DNA of 63,804 bases, the filler included, from Octopus bimaculoides (taxonomy: Eukaryota): assembly GCF_001194135.2 (NCBI RefSeq). It is 6 parts of 6 records of this genome, joined end to end, with 100 filler letters (N's around TTAATTAATTAA, not from the genome) between each part and the next. Parts side by side here need not be neighbours in the genome. Positions count along the whole stretch, not along the records: positions 24,020 to 48,754 come from NC_068984.1; positions 48,855 to 53,569 come from NC_068982.1; 4 more parts are not named here. One strand, given 5' to 3'. The notes under the pieces are model-generated. The model ran no database searches. It saw only the letters and a list, made by a program, of their open reading frames with translations, and was not told where the DNA came from. Positions 39,272 to 53,355 of the stretch are shown in pieces (within the stretch, counting starts at the first letter, position 1; each line of letters starts with the position of its first letter). A program made the translations under genes and the position numbers.

Positions 39272-39679
39272 GTAAAAGAACCATTAGAACTACTTTTCTA
39301 TTTGTCTTTTATCTTTTACATGTTTCAGTCATTTGACTGGGGCTTGATCTTGAAGGGTTTTCGAAGAACAAATTGATCCTGGTATTTATGAGTTTGGTAC
39401 TTATTCTATTGGTGTCTTCTGCCAAACTGCTAAGTTACAGGGAGATATACAAATCAACACTGGTTGTCAAGTAGTGTTGTTGGACAAAGACATGCATACA
39501 CACACACACATACGTCGTCGTTTAACGTCCGCTTTCCATGCTAGCATGGGTTGGACGATTTGACTGAGGACTGGTGAAACCAGATGACTACACCAGGCTC
39601 CAATCTGATTTGGCAGTGTTTCTACAGCTGGATGCCCTTCCTAACGCCAACCACTCAGAGAGTGTAGTGGGTGCTTTTA

Positions 39680-40428
39680 CGTGTCACCCGCACGAAGGCC
39701 AGTCAGGTGGTACTGGCAACGGCCACGCTCATCTCGCTCGAGAAACCTCATGTGTCACCCGCACAAGAGCCGGCCCAGGGGCACCGGCANNNNNNNNNNN
39801 NNNNNNNNNNNNNNNNNNNNNNNNNNNNNNNNNNNNNNNNNNNNNNNNNNNNNNNNNNNNNNNNNNNNNNNNNNNNNNNNNNNNNNNNNNNNNNNNNNNN
39901 NNNNNNNNNNNNNNNNNNNNNNNNNNNNNNNNNNNNNNNNNNNNNNNNNNNNNNNNNNNNNNNNNNNNNNNNNNNNNNNNNNNNNNNNNNNNNNNNNNNN
40001 NNNNNNNNNNNNNNNNNNNNNNNNNNNNNNNNNNNNNNNNNNNNNNNNNNNNNNNNNNNNNNNNNNNNNNNNNNNNNNNNNNNNNNNNNNNNNNNNNNNN
40101 NNNNNNNNNNNNNNNNNNNNNNNNNNNNNNNNNNNATGTGTCACCCGCACAAGAGCCAGCCCAGGGGCACTGGCAACGATCCCGCTCGGAAGACTTCATG
40201 TGTCGCCCGCACACGAGCCAGTCAAGGAGCACTGGCAATGATCCCGTCCCGCTCAAAACATTTCATGTGTCACCCGCACAAGAGCCAGTCCAGTGGCACT
40301 GGCAACGATCTCGCTCGAAAGATTTCATGTGTCGCCCGCACATGAGCCAGTCCAGGGGCACCGGCAACGATCTCGCTTGAAAAACCTCATGTGTCACCCG
40401 CACAAGAGCCGGCCCAGGGGCACCGGCA
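39680..40428 (-). repeat. ~62-bp GC-rich minisatellite, an expansion of the family B internal subrepeat, spanning a gap
   Basis: Units ATGTGTCACCCGCACAAGAGCCAGCCCAGGGGCACTGGCAACGATC.CGCTCGAAA.A..TC occur at least 5 times right of the gap and about 2 times left of it. Confidence 0.85.
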
Positions 40429-40979
40429 CATATACATGGTGGGCTTCCACACAGTTTCCATCTACCAAGTTTACTCACAAGGCATTTTTGGGCTTGGGGC
40501 TAACCCATGGTGCTGTGCAGTAGAACTGAACCTGAAATCATGTGATTGCTAAGTGAGCTCAACCACACAGCCATTCCTGCACCATTTATTTGCCTTTTTT
40601 TAAAAAACAGTTTCCTATAAATCTTTCTTTGTTTTATTGGTAGGATGCTTGTTGTAATTTAAAGTTTGCAGCTTCAAGGGATTTAGCTGAATTTCTTTTA
40701 CTACTCACTCATAGCATTAGAACTTGCTATCACTTTCGTGAACTGAAAGAATTAGAATTATTTACCTGTTGGTACAACATAATAGGGTGCTGGGATGGGT
40801 AGTTTCTGTGTGGTTGCTTAGCTTGTTAGAAATAACAAAATCTCCTTTGAATCATATCCTACTCTTATTAAAGAAAATAAGGACACATTAAATTATATAG
40901 TCCTAGATATACTAAAACACAGAGATAATGAGAGATGGTCATGTCTGGAATGCTTTTGATCATAGATTCTGGAGATTAA

Positions 40980-41366
40980 ACACTGACGGCATGTAAAAAG
41001 CACCATTCGAGCGTGATCGTTACCAGCATCGCCTTACTGGTACTTGTGCCGGTGGCACATGAAAAAACATTCAAGCGAGGTCGTTGCCAGTGCCACTGGA
41101 CTGGCTCCTGTGCAGGTGGCATGTAAAATACACCATTTTGAGCGTGGCCGTTGCCAGTACCACCTGACTGGCCCTCCTGCTGGTGGTACGTAAAAGCACC
41201 CAGTACATTCTCGGAGTGATTGGTGTTAGGAAGGGCATCCAGCTGTAGAAACTCTGCCAGATCAGATTGGAGCCTGGTGCAGCCATCTGGTTTGCCAGTC
41301 CTCGGTCAAGTCATCCAACCCATGCTAGCATGGAAAGCAGACGTTAAACAATGATGATGATGATGA
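40980..41366 (+). mobile_element. Family B repeat: RTE-like LINE 3' end or partner SINE with (GAT)n tail and internal ~62-65-bp subrepeats
   Basis: ...GGAAGGGCATCCAGCTGTAGAAAC...CCAACCCATGCTAGCATGGAAAGC.GACGTTAAAC(GAT)n. Other copies near 8770-9058, 24020-24312, 32806-32952, 33895-34060 (-) and 39514-39790 (-). Confidence 0.7.
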
Positions 41367-41978
41367 TATGCTACATTGGAGAGTGTAGCTTCTGATATAC
41401 AAAAATCCCATGAGCTACTTTTTATTTCTAACCATCTTGAATTTATGATTACATATTAGAGAGCTCATCTGTAATGTTTACATTCATAATGTTCTGTTCT
41501 AATACAGTAAAAAAGAAATGCGACCATGTGAATGTTGAAGATTTAAGCTGATTCACCTGAAATTATCACACCATGTTTAGATGGATCGTTTTTGCCAAGT
41601 ACTCAGAAAATTTTGGCTTGTTTGATGTTGAAGAAAACTTTACTAGTTGGTGTGTTGTACATAACTTCTGCCAAACAGGTGTTTATTTTCAATTAGATTA
41701 GTACTTACCATCAAGATAATCAGAACAGATCATGATAAACACTTGATAAATCGTGAATATTGAACTGGTGAAAGACTGAAAATAATATAAATGGAAAACG
41801 AGAGATCATCTTTACGGGGGTTAACTGGCTATTTATTAATGGTTATTTTTTAATATTTGTTTTTCAAACATTGTAAAATTCAGGTTTCTTTTCATTCACA
41901 ATGTCAATAGTCATTTTCATTGAAAATCAAATTATTATTTAATTTGTAATTTCATTTTCTATTAATTTTTACTTTCAG

Positions 41979-42379
41979 TTCGTCAAGGATGTTCGCTGAT
42001 GGTCAATCCTGAGAAACAAACTTTTATCTATGGTGAAGTGAACATTGCTCGATACTTTTCTAGATTGATAAACCCCTCATATGATAAAGATCCTGTTCAG
42101 TCAACACTGATAGATGCTTGGGTAGACAAAGCCAGTTTATTACTTTATAATGGTAATGCTGAACAAAAAAATGAAATGATAAAAGTTCTTGACACAACAC
42201 TGTCAAAGAGAAAGTGGTTGGTTGGTCATGACTTGTCTTTAGCTGATATTGTTTCTTGGTCTGGAATCCAGAAAAACAAGCTTGCTAAACTTGTTTCACC
42301 AAATGTTGAAGTTTGGATGAAAACTTGTGCTAGTCATCCCATGTTCAGTTTTGTTAATAAAGTATTGTCACAACTTTGA
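41979..42379 (+). CDS. AIMP2: AIMP2 terminal exon, GST-C-like domain (IYGEVNIARYF...LIDAWVD...WLVGHDLSLADIVSWS...)
   Basis: Acceptor tttttactttcag|, phase 1, stop TGA at 42377-79. Strong similarity to AIMP2 (IEGEGNIARFL, LIDSWVD, WLAGNELTVADVVLWS). Confidence 0.95.
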
Positions 42380-42506
42380 AGTCAAAGCTTTTGCTAGACT
42401 TAAACTGATGGTTTTACAATCAACTTTCTATTGAGATGATGATGATATAGGTTTTTCTTTTAAAGAAAAATGTTGTTTTAACTTTTCAGCTTTTAGCATA
42501 TTTAAC

Positions 42507-42512
42507 AATAAA
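42507..42512 (+). terminator. Candidate AIMP2 polyadenylation signal AATAAA
   Basis: First AATAAA about 130 nt after the stop codon. Other A-rich candidates occur further downstream. Confidence 0.35.
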
Positions 42513-45299
42513 TAAGCTGTTCTAACTATAGATTTTATTTAGAACGTGTGTGTTAAAATGGTAAGAGCCAGATGTGTGGCAAATGAAGGCATTCAGTCAT
42601 CTTTTTCTCAACTCATTATCACAGCCAATGAATGGATTGTCTGAGATACTGATGTGGTGGGGTGAAGTATTATTGAATGAAACTAATTTGAAGAGGATCT
42701 TTCATCACATGTATTTGTATAGTTCATTTTGTCTAGGATATAATGTGCTGTTGGTGAAGTGTACTTGAGTTTAGATCAACTGTCAAAGTACTGTAAGACA
42801 TTTCCTTACAAACAGGAACTCAAGCTTTATCACAGGTTTTTGCTCATAGACGGATTCAACTCTATTACAATCGAAAGAAACAATTCTTAATGTTACCTGT
42901 TTACTTCAACGTGGATTGGACCATTGAAAGTGATCTCTTCCAAAGACTCAGTTCAGTGTTTGTGAGAGGATGTTTGTGTGTGTGTGTCTGTGTGTTGAAA
43001 TTTCCTCATGCTGGTTTTGTTTTCTTAAATAAAGAAATGTACATTAGCTACTGTTATTACCATAAGGAATCATGTCAGGTGGACTGAGAGTTAACTTGAT
43101 AAATATGTAATTCTCTACCTTTGTTATGCAAGTTCTTTATTTAAACGACGATTATATTCACTAGAACTAATTAAAATATAAGATTGTTAACGACACTCTA
43201 TACTTTTAATCTGATTCAGTAGCTTATAAAAATTCCTGTTGTACATTTCTCTTTTAAGTAAATTATATAAACTCTTACAACTATGTCCATTTTGACATTT
43301 TCATCATAAGCTTTATATCTTTGAAAACCCATCAGCTGATTTCTTTTTAATTTAAAAAAATGAAATTGTAATGTCGAAGAATTGGAAAAATAAAATATAT
43401 ATTTTAAAATAAATAAATAAAAAAGTTTTTAATTTAAAAAAAATATTTTTTGTTACTTTACTAATATTTTTATTACTTCTTTTGGAGTTCAACTTTTTTG
43501 ATGAGTGACTATATATGAAATTGTGTTGAAACTGAAGCAATTAATTATGGAATAATCATTTTAGAACACAAGGACTATATTAATCCTTTGTTTTCTTGAG
43601 GAGTGAAAATTTTTGTCACACTTCTGCAACCTTGTCACTGGGAATTCCATTCACAGAATTACAGCAAACCTTTGGACACTAAGATATAAGTGAAAAGAAC
43701 ATAAAGTAATTTTAGTGTTTTCTTAAATAGTTAAAATGTTTCTTTCATGATATAATTGTTTATTAAAAAGTTATTTTTCAAACTTTCTAATTTTCTTAAT
43801 TCAAATAATTTCACTCTATATTTGTTTTTGCAAATTGACATATTAGATTCAGTTGTATGAATATTGCTGTTTAATCTTAGATCAACCTTGGTCATCTATG
43901 ATTGAAAGGTTTTCAACGTGTAGATATCTTGCTTTAGTGCTATCTAAAATTGCAATTATCTTATGTGTTCCAATTTTTTAAAAGAAGGTGTAATTTGAGG
44001 GAGATTTGGCTGTTATTTTCAGCGGATTAGTATGTTTATTTGTTTAATGACAAAGTGGCTTGCAACATAAAGGCATGCCTAATCTAAGAAATAAATTTTA
44101 TTCTCAGTTGGAACCATTTTACTTTGTGTATGTTTCAAATATGAATGAAATAGGATCATTGCAGTTCTATTTCTCCTGATATATAATTGTGAGGCTGATT
44201 TAATATACTTGACATTGTTGAAAGAAAAGATTAATTTTATCTTATAAATGAAGGTACAGGTATGAGTGCATGGTTATGTTAGGGAAGTTCTTGGTTTGCA
44301 GGAACTCCTGATTTGATTCATCACTGTTGCATACCCTTCAGTTAAGTATCTTCTGTTATATCCTCCAATCAACTCAGACCTAGAGTGAAATTAGGTTGAT
44401 AGAATTTGTGGAAGCTTATCTGACTACATCTGTTATTGGGAAGTAAATTTAAACTATTACTCATTTTTTTGCAAGCATTTGAACCAGGTGTCCAGTCAGA
44501 TGAAAACTTGTACTTTCATTCTCCTTTTATTTCCCAACTGTCATGAAGGGACTGCTTCTCTTTTCTTCTTCTCACAGACTAAGCCGTTGAGAAAATTTGA
44601 AAAGACAATCTATTTCCTATTGAATTTAGATATTTAATATGTACACAGGGGCAATGACTAAGATCGGATGGATGGATGCTTTACTTCTGTGTTCACATTT
44701 CAATTGTTGACTTCACTATTTAAATTTGATAAAACAAATAAAGACCTGCTTTAATAGAGTGTTCTCTTGTGTAAGCAGGACATGACATTTTGTTCCAACC
44801 TGTGACATGTCAATATGAAAGAAAAAGAAAGCGATTTATTCAAATAGCTGTTTTCTTCAAACATTAACCCAGTAACGAAAGAAATTAATATATTCCTGTA
44901 ACCCTGCAAATATTAAGACTATCCAAGATAAGGCTACGTAACTACATCTATATGAAGAATATTATGTAAAAGTATTATGCAGAGTAGTCTCCCATTTAAC
45001 AAATTGGGGTATTTAATACAGCATCAGGGATAATTAAAAAACAGAAATCTCTTTCAATGAAAGAGGTAAGTTGGAAAACCTTTATACATTTCAGACACAA
45101 TAATTTTTTCAACGCAATTATAAAACTTATTTCTTACGGCAAAGGAAGAGTTATCTCCCTTACCTTACTCTAATAGCCGATAAAAAAAAGTTTCGTTTTA
45201 AGTACCCCTCTCTCTGTCTCTCTTCAGTCAAATCATCCAACCCATGCTAGCATGGACAGCGGACGTTAAACGATGATGATATATATATATGTATAATAT

Positions 45300-45670
45300 T
45301 TATTCTTTTGTTTGTCATTTGACTGGCCATGTTGGAGCACCACCTTTTAGTTGAGTAAATCGACCCCAGTACTTATTCTTTGTAAGCCTAGTACTTATTC
45401 TAGCGGTCGCTTTTGTCGAACCGCTATGTTACGAGGACGTAAACACACCAGCATCAGTTGTCAAGCGATGTAGGGGGGGGGGAGACAAACACACACACAC
45501 GCACATATATACGACGGGCTTCTTTCAGTTTCCGTCGGGCAAATCCACTCACAAGGCTTTGGTCGGCCTGAGGCTATAGTAGAAGACACTCGACCAAGGT
45601 GCCACGCAGTGGGACTGAATCCAGAACCATGCGGTTCGTAAGCAAGCTACTTACCACACAGCCACTCCCA
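45300..45670 (-). mobile_element. SINE family A copy (young, CpG intact)
   Basis: Reverse-complement match to the family A consensus. Confidence 0.8.
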
Positions 45671-45896
45671 TTTATATATTATATTATATTATATATATAT
45701 GTTATGTGGAGGCACAATGGCCCAGTGGCTAGGGCAGCGGACTCGCGGCGTTGTGAGTGTTTATTGAGCGACATTCGAAACTCTGAGTTTTATCATGGCT
45801 ACCGAATAATTGTCGCATATTATATTTACAGATAAATTCCTCTATTTACATAATGTCGAGGTCTCTTTCATTCTTTTGTTGTATTACCATTTCTAT

Positions 45897-45928
<32 letters not shown>

Positions 45929-45929
<1 letters not shown>

Positions 45930-46220
45930 TACTAGCAGCTAAGCCTGGTTTCACCCGGTCTGTTTGGTGATCCGGCTGTGATCGTTTTCGGTTAGGCATT
46001 ATCTATAACAGCGTTTCTCACCTTTATCATTTCGGGTTCCCTGTTTCGATTGGAGCCTCCAGCCGTATGAGGGCTAGGAAGAAAATACAAACCGCATTCC
46101 AATCTATGCACCCGTCTCTACATGTGTGCCATTTTTCACGCGAATCTACCCAGCCGTTTGGCTGTGAACATCAAGACGAAAGAATACAACAATCGCCCAT
46201 GTCCAATTTATATTATAGAT
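45929..46220 (+). mobile_element. Non-autonomous Helitron-like (Lep1/HINE-style) element
   Basis: Starts ATACTAGCAGCTAAGCCTGGTTTCACCCGG, ends AATTTATATTATAGAT, inserted in an (AT)n tract, CpG retained. Confidence 0.5.
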
Positions 46221-47602
46221 ATATATATAGACTATTCAAGAGGAATGTGCTGCGCTGCGCAGACATTTTCTGCTGATGACATTTAACGTGAAAAACATTA
46301 ATTTTTGCTAGATATATATGGAAAATACTAAGTCGACTATAGGACACTAATTTGAATACAACAATAAATCTACAGAAACTTATCGTATCGAAAAGGCTCT
46401 ATATTTATTTTATATTGCAATTTGTGAATAATAGTGTCGTTGGTTACAGGTTTCCAAGGTTTATAACATTTTTGGCAGCAAGAAAATCACGGATATACGT
46501 CGGTGACAAGTGTACACAGACATACACACACATACAAATATGCATACACGCGTACGCATGTTAGTGTGTGTATATATGTGCGCGTGTATGTGTGTGTGCT
46601 TATACATGCATTACATAAATGTAATGTATATAAATAAACAATACACATGCACATACTATATATAAACATTTTATACTTCTACATATATACATACACATAT
46701 ATACGAACATATAATGTGTGTGTATTTCAAAATGTAACTACACGTGGACTACTGGCGATTTTTTCCTCCTTCCTTTTCCTTTGGACTTACCTGTTTTTCC
46801 GAAGAAGAGCTATGCTCGAAACATAAAACAACTCTTTTCCTTCTCCGAGCGTCTTATTAATACTTTGCATGCTCTACGTCCTCATGTTGTTTTTTATTGT
46901 CTTTTTCTCTGTTTTTTCTCTGTTTTTTGAATAAATTATACACACACACACACACATGCACCCGTATTCTCTGGCGTATTTCCTTCCTTAACGGGACACC
47001 GCGTCGGAGGGCTGCTCATTTTTACCAGTTGAGTGGATTGCAGCAACATGAAATGAAGTGTTTGCTCAAGAACACAACGAACGCATCACCCGATCTAGGA
47101 ATTGAAATCACTATCTTACTCCATGACTCCAACGCCCAAACCACTAAGCCATGCACCTCCACAAAATTGATATGCCATTAAAGAAAAGGAAGTCTATCTG
47201 ACGACATGAGGGGAACTGTAAACATGTGTTCGCATCTAAATAGGGTTCATATTTTTCCTTAATGGCATATCAGTTTTGAAGGTTATAGCAGTCTTGAGAT
47301 TATCTTCCTTTATCATTTAGATTTGGTATCTGTTAGCACCAAGCAATTAATCTGAGTCCAGAAGCCGTGATAATTTCAATAAATCGAAAATTAAATTTGT
47401 ATGATATTTGATTTTCACTTATTAGTCTCTATTCTTTAAAAATATACCACTGTTATCCTTAAAGTATTTTTCTACGCTCATTTTTGTTCCATTCATTCAT
47501 ATAAACATGAACGAAGATCCTAAAGATTCTGCACACCAAAATATTATTAATCTCTACCATGGTATCGAGTACTCTTTTCTCTGACAGTCTGTGCGCGCGC
47601 GC

Positions 47603-47645
<43 letters not shown>

Positions 47646-48854
47646 NNNNNNNNNNNNNNNNNNNNNNNNNNNNNNNNNNNNNNNNNNNNNNNNNNNNNNN
47701 NNNNNNNNNNNNNNNNNNNNNNNNNNNNNNNNNNNNNNNNNNNNNNNNNNNNNNNNNNNNNNNNNNNNNNNNNNNNNNNNNNNNNNNNNNNNNNNNNNNN
47801 NNNNNNNNNNNNNNNNNNNNNNNNNNNNNNNNNNNNNNNNNNNNNNNNNNNNNNNNNNNNNNNNNNNNNNNNNNNNNNNNNNNNNNNNNNNNNNNNNNNN
47901 NNNNNNNNNNNNNNNNNNNNNNNNNNNNNNNNNNNNNNNNNNNNNNNNNNNNATATATATATATATATATATATATAGATATTTATACGTGTGTGTGTGT
48001 GTGTGTGAAGTTATATTTAACGCCTTCGAATATATTCAGACGTGAGGAGAGCTTTCGCTGCGGAAATAGTCCCGGATGAAAATCCTTCGTATAGATAACG
48101 TGTTAAAACACATAATAGGCTATGAATGATATCATTAGATCGTAAAGGCATGCGTTTCTGCGTTCTTTTGTGTCATCAGTTACGAGCACCAAATCTATCA
48201 TTCACTGCCCGATAAGAACGAATTCATTATTATCAGAACAATATACAGTATGTGCATAAAACTAGTCAAGCTAGAATTAAATAAATAATGTCGCACGAAG
48301 CAGCAATGAGTAAAATATATTCGTACACAGTCATATTTAACATGTTCGAGAACATTCGGAAATGAGAAGACCGTTGCAGAAATAGTTCCCGGGTGAAAAA
48401 TTTCTGTTAAACAACATGTGCGAAAATACATATAGAGCTTTTAATGAAATCACTGGATAGTAGGACTGTTGCGATTTTGCGTTTTTCCACGTCTTTTGGT
48501 CAATCAATCAGCAAGCTAAGTTTGTTAAAATCCTTTCGCCTCAATTTTGGCCTCATCAATGACATACCCCCTCTACCCCAACTTAGCCATTTGATTGATA
48601 AACTAAACGATTAATCAGGCAATGGGTTTGTTAATTAGTTAAATGTTAACTAACTGACTAATAATAATGAAAGAAGTCAAATAGAACGAGTGCGTGTGTT
48701 GTATCTCGAGAGAGATACAATATATTTGTGTGTGTGTGTGTACATATATATATANNNNNNNNNNNNNNNNNNNNNNNNNNNNNNNNNNNNNNNNNNNNTT
48801 AATTAATTAANNNNNNNNNNNNNNNNNNNNNNNNNNNNNNNNNNNNNNNNNNNN

Positions 48855-48892
<38 letters not shown>

Positions 48893-51800
48893 GGGTGCGT
48901 GCGTGTGTGTGTGTGTGTGTGTGTATGATCACTGTTCCATAACGAGGATATGCAACTTTTACTTAAGTCATATGAATACTCAGATGAAACATGCTTTCAT
49001 TGACTTGACATTACTTGGATGATCACTATGACTAAGTCCTTGTAGTCGAAGTCCCTGATCTCACTTTTTAGTATTCAACGTCCTTTAGACTGGACGTATT
49101 TCTGTGTAATAGAGTTTAATGGATTTTTAATGGAATACATGGTTAAATTCTATGAAATATAATGCACCATTCAGTGTGCAAACTGAATTTTATCGAAGAC
49201 GTGTATTTCGTACTGTTAGGTCTGTGGAATGTCTATGTATGCAAATGCGATGCAAAATTGGTGATAGTTTAACTAAAAGTGTTTTCCAAGCGCGAAAATG
49301 CTTGTATATATTTTTCTTATGTAACGGATATGTGTAATGCGTGTTTATAATTGAAGTCTATGTCTACACTAATATTTCAGTTGTTAAATGAGGATTTTAC
49401 TATTTATTTTTCCAGCTAGATAATGTTGGCATTTCTTGTGTCTGTCTGTGAATAGTTACATATTACCAACGTTTTCAATTTGATTCTGTAATCGCGTTGG
49501 ACTCCTTCAGTTTCCAGCGATGGCTAAATAACATAATGGTTTCCCACCTCTCTACATATTTGAGGGAAGTGTTATAGTTAAAAGATCTTTATTTGAAAAT
49601 TATTTAAACCATACTTACATGATAATTCCTCTCAACTGGTTGCTATAACATGTTTCAGGTAACATACGTTCGTATATGGATTAAGCAACAAGGCATACAT
49701 GGTTTAACACATTTGTTTTTGCATGCTTATGTAATCCGCTTGGGAGGATATGGTTAGATTGAGATAAAAGTTTTTATATTGGAAACATCTAATCTTGATG
49801 AAGTTTTCATTAAGGATATTCCCATACTGATCACAGAGTTGAAAATGTAATTTTGGGACAGGAAACATCTTAGATGTATCAATGTTGACTTTTTTTAATA
49901 GAAGTGGTACGCGAACCAGATAATTGCTTTGTGGTATATTCACACAGGTTTAATTCACAAGCTATGGAAATTTTTCCTACAAGCTACGGATAGATAAATC
50001 ATTCTTATACCGAAGATCTAATTAGCAAACATTTCGAAAGAGGTGTTCATGGTGGGAGTTTTTCTAATTATATTTTCTGTATATACATCAGCATCGAACA
50101 CAGCTTGCAGCGATCCTAAATCTTGAGAATAAGGCACTAATAATTCTTTAGTCTTTATCTTTAATGATATATTAACCAAAGCATCCTCCTGGACTGCGTC
50201 ATCGTTACGAAATACCTTAGCGTTTATAAGAAGCGTTAGATGATGCAGCGCAAGACATTATTTCTGAATGATTTGAAGGATGATAGAAAGATACTGTTGC
50301 CCTGTTTTTCCCTCGAAAATTTTGGTAGAACGCAAAGTTGATTTTGACGACAACTGCCAGGGAATTTAGAAGCTAAAGAACCGGAGCAAATATCACAAAC
50401 CATTTTGTACAATGCTTAACGAATTCCACAATTCAGAGTCTTAGACAGCTGAATTATTATTATCAACCTGGGGAGAATGAACGGCAAATCAGCTCATCCT
50501 CCTTTGGTCGATAATAATGAGCACCTGGTAGAATTTGAACAGACAAATGTTATAAGCAATTTTCAACAAGCATCTAGCGATCCTGTCAATCTGCCCGCTC
50601 TATCTAATATGCATATATGTAAATTATTTTATAATTTAAATGATTTCAATGGAAATGCAACCCTGATTGGCCATTACATTCAAAGGTATTTCTTTTGTTG
50701 TTGTTTTTATTTATATCGACTGTAGTGTTACATGTAGGATTTATTCTATCCATTTCGAAAGGAGAAAATGAAAAATGTCATTTGAGTGCGATATGAATGC
50801 AAAGCTAACGAATTACCACGTATGTGTATGCATGTGTGTTTGTATATATGTGTGCAGGTGCGTGTGTGTGTGTATGCGTGTGCCTATACGCGTACGTACC
50901 AATGTTATTGTGCATATGTGTATATATGCGGGTAAGTGTGCACATGCATACCGGGACACATCATCGTTAAGAAATGCTATAAGCTGGAACAGAAATTAAT
51001 TTTCGATTTACTTATATGTCATCGCTCTTTCTTCCAGCTATTAATACGTTTCGGATTCAATATCTACTTTTATCGAATGAAACCCTGTTTTGTAAATTTC
51101 ACTGATTACAAAGATATGTCATTTTTTTGTTTTCAACATGAAATATTATTTTAATATCTTAATACCTCAACCCTTATTACTAACATCCTATTTCATTATT
51201 AATATTCGCACTAATGATCCTAGTTTTTCGTACCATAAATCACAGATGCAATGCAAGGCTTTTAAAATGTTTATCTTTTTTGAAATCCTCCTTAACACAA
51301 ATCCGCATCAACGAAGGTGAAAATCCATCTTGACATTTGGTTTACTCTGGAAGTTTTTTTTTACATTTTGGTATTGTTATTTTCGTAGTAGATTTCAGTT
51401 TATTCTTCACTGGTTGCATCCTTCTAAACACTTTTTGAGCGGTGCAAACCTGCTCTGTTTGTTATATGTGATTGAGTTAGTAGATGCGCTGAAGATTTCC
51501 GTCAGAAATACTGGCTTTACATTTATTAATATCAGAACGACGGCTTTCCGTCTTCCAAGTTATATAAATCAAGTAATCTATGCAGATTATTGACCTATCT
51601 CTTCTATTTAGATATCTACTTTTATAATTTGTTTTTGTAGACTTTTTTTTTTTTTTTTTTTTGGTTATCCACGTCTGAATATAATTCCACACACATTGGT
51701 TATCGCAATCACACACATGTCGCTATGCTACATAATTGGAACCATCAATCCAAATACCGATCGATACAGCTGTCAATGCCTCTGCTTCTATTTCACTTTA

Positions 51801-53222
51801 ACTATCCCACGTTATATGTATGCGTCTGTGTGTTTGTATGTGTATGTGTGTGTGTGCGCGTGTCTGTATGTGAGTCTATGTGGTATCACGTGAAATATTT
51901 ACTACCTAAGTAGTTATTTATATTGGTAATTTTAAAAAAATCTATATCATTATTAATTCATACCTAATTTCTTGTTTCTATTGTGAAAAGAAGCGTTTTC
52001 TAAGCCAATCACTGCATATTCTATAGCATTATATAGACAGACAGCAACATATCTACCTCAAATATCATGTCGCCATTTTATGCATAAAAATTCGATTCTG
52101 TATATAAAGAAGTGCTGATGTATACTCGTTAAATGTTGTTGGCTGAGGTTAGCTTATACAGAAAAAGCTAAACAGTATTTCAACAATAAAACTTTTTAAC
52201 AATAATGTTTTAAAAAAACACTAGAATAAAATACAAAAAAAAGTACACACAAAATTTTCAATAATATGTACACCTACCGAAAAGCAGTTATCGTAAATAG
52301 AATTTGAGAAAGAAAGTTAATTTTAAATTCTAATCTGAAGAAGATAAATTGTTAATTTAAGAGCAGTTGAATAACAGTCATAAAAGTTAGGAATTATCTA
52401 TTTTGATAGAGATTCAATTCATTTGTTTATTTAATAAATTGTTGTACTCAAACATGAAAAGTGTTTGTATTTTCACTGGAGAAACTTCGTCTGAAATTTT
52501 GAAATCAATAATATAAAAAAAGGGCAGCAAAGTATCTAAATAAGTGAATAGATATTTATATACTTTTATACGTATTTGTGTGTATGTGTGTATGTATATG
52601 TGTAACACACATTGTAACAAACACCTTCAAACTTACACAACAGACACAGAGAAATCGCAGAAAAGTATCTCTGAAATCGTTACTCTTTAAAAATATGTGG
52701 GTATGATCTATTACAAATATGAGTGCTTGTGTGCACGTGTGCGTGTGTGCATGTGTGCATGTGTGTGCATAAATATTTATAACTGTCTCTGTGAGTAAAT
52801 GTGTATTCCTGTATCAATATTTATACTCACTATTGGATTATAAACATTTACCTATTATTTTCTATGTTGCTACTTTACATCTGTTTAGCAGACTTTCTAC
52901 TTTTCTACATGTTTCAGTATCAGACGTCAAACTATTGTTTTGATAAACCTCTTTGGTATGGCATCTGTATTCATACGTTTATGTATGTCACTGGTTCATT
53001 CCACTAATCTGTCACCTAAACCTATTCTTAAACTCATTAATATTTTGTTATTACTTATGTATGTGTGTTTATTCTTATACTCACATACATAAGCTGTTGA
53101 AAGTGTTGCCGCAGGACTACAGACTTTCTAACATTGAAATGCTTAAACAATAAATGAATGTACACAACCATGTTAAACACACACGCGCGCATATATATGT
53201 ATATATATATATATATATATAC

Positions 53223-53253
<31 letters not shown>

Positions 53254-53355
53254 TAGAGAGACAGAGAGGGGCAAGAGAGAGAGAGAGAGATCCTTGAGAT
53301 CTTTTCAACTGTAAATATGGATAACAAATTTTGCAAGAATTAAATTTTAACAAAT

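Noticed and set aside
39574-40523. GC-rich repeated ORFs, superficially like a CRISPR array or repeat protein
   Set aside because: The units are contiguous ~62-bp tandem copies with no unique spacers, are not a multiple of 3, and derive from a retroposon subrepeat. The context is eukaryotic with no cas genes.
49440-50350. Coding-like minus-strand stretch
   Set aside because: Multiple stops, no recognisable motif and no consistent splice chain; possibly an old transposon remnant.
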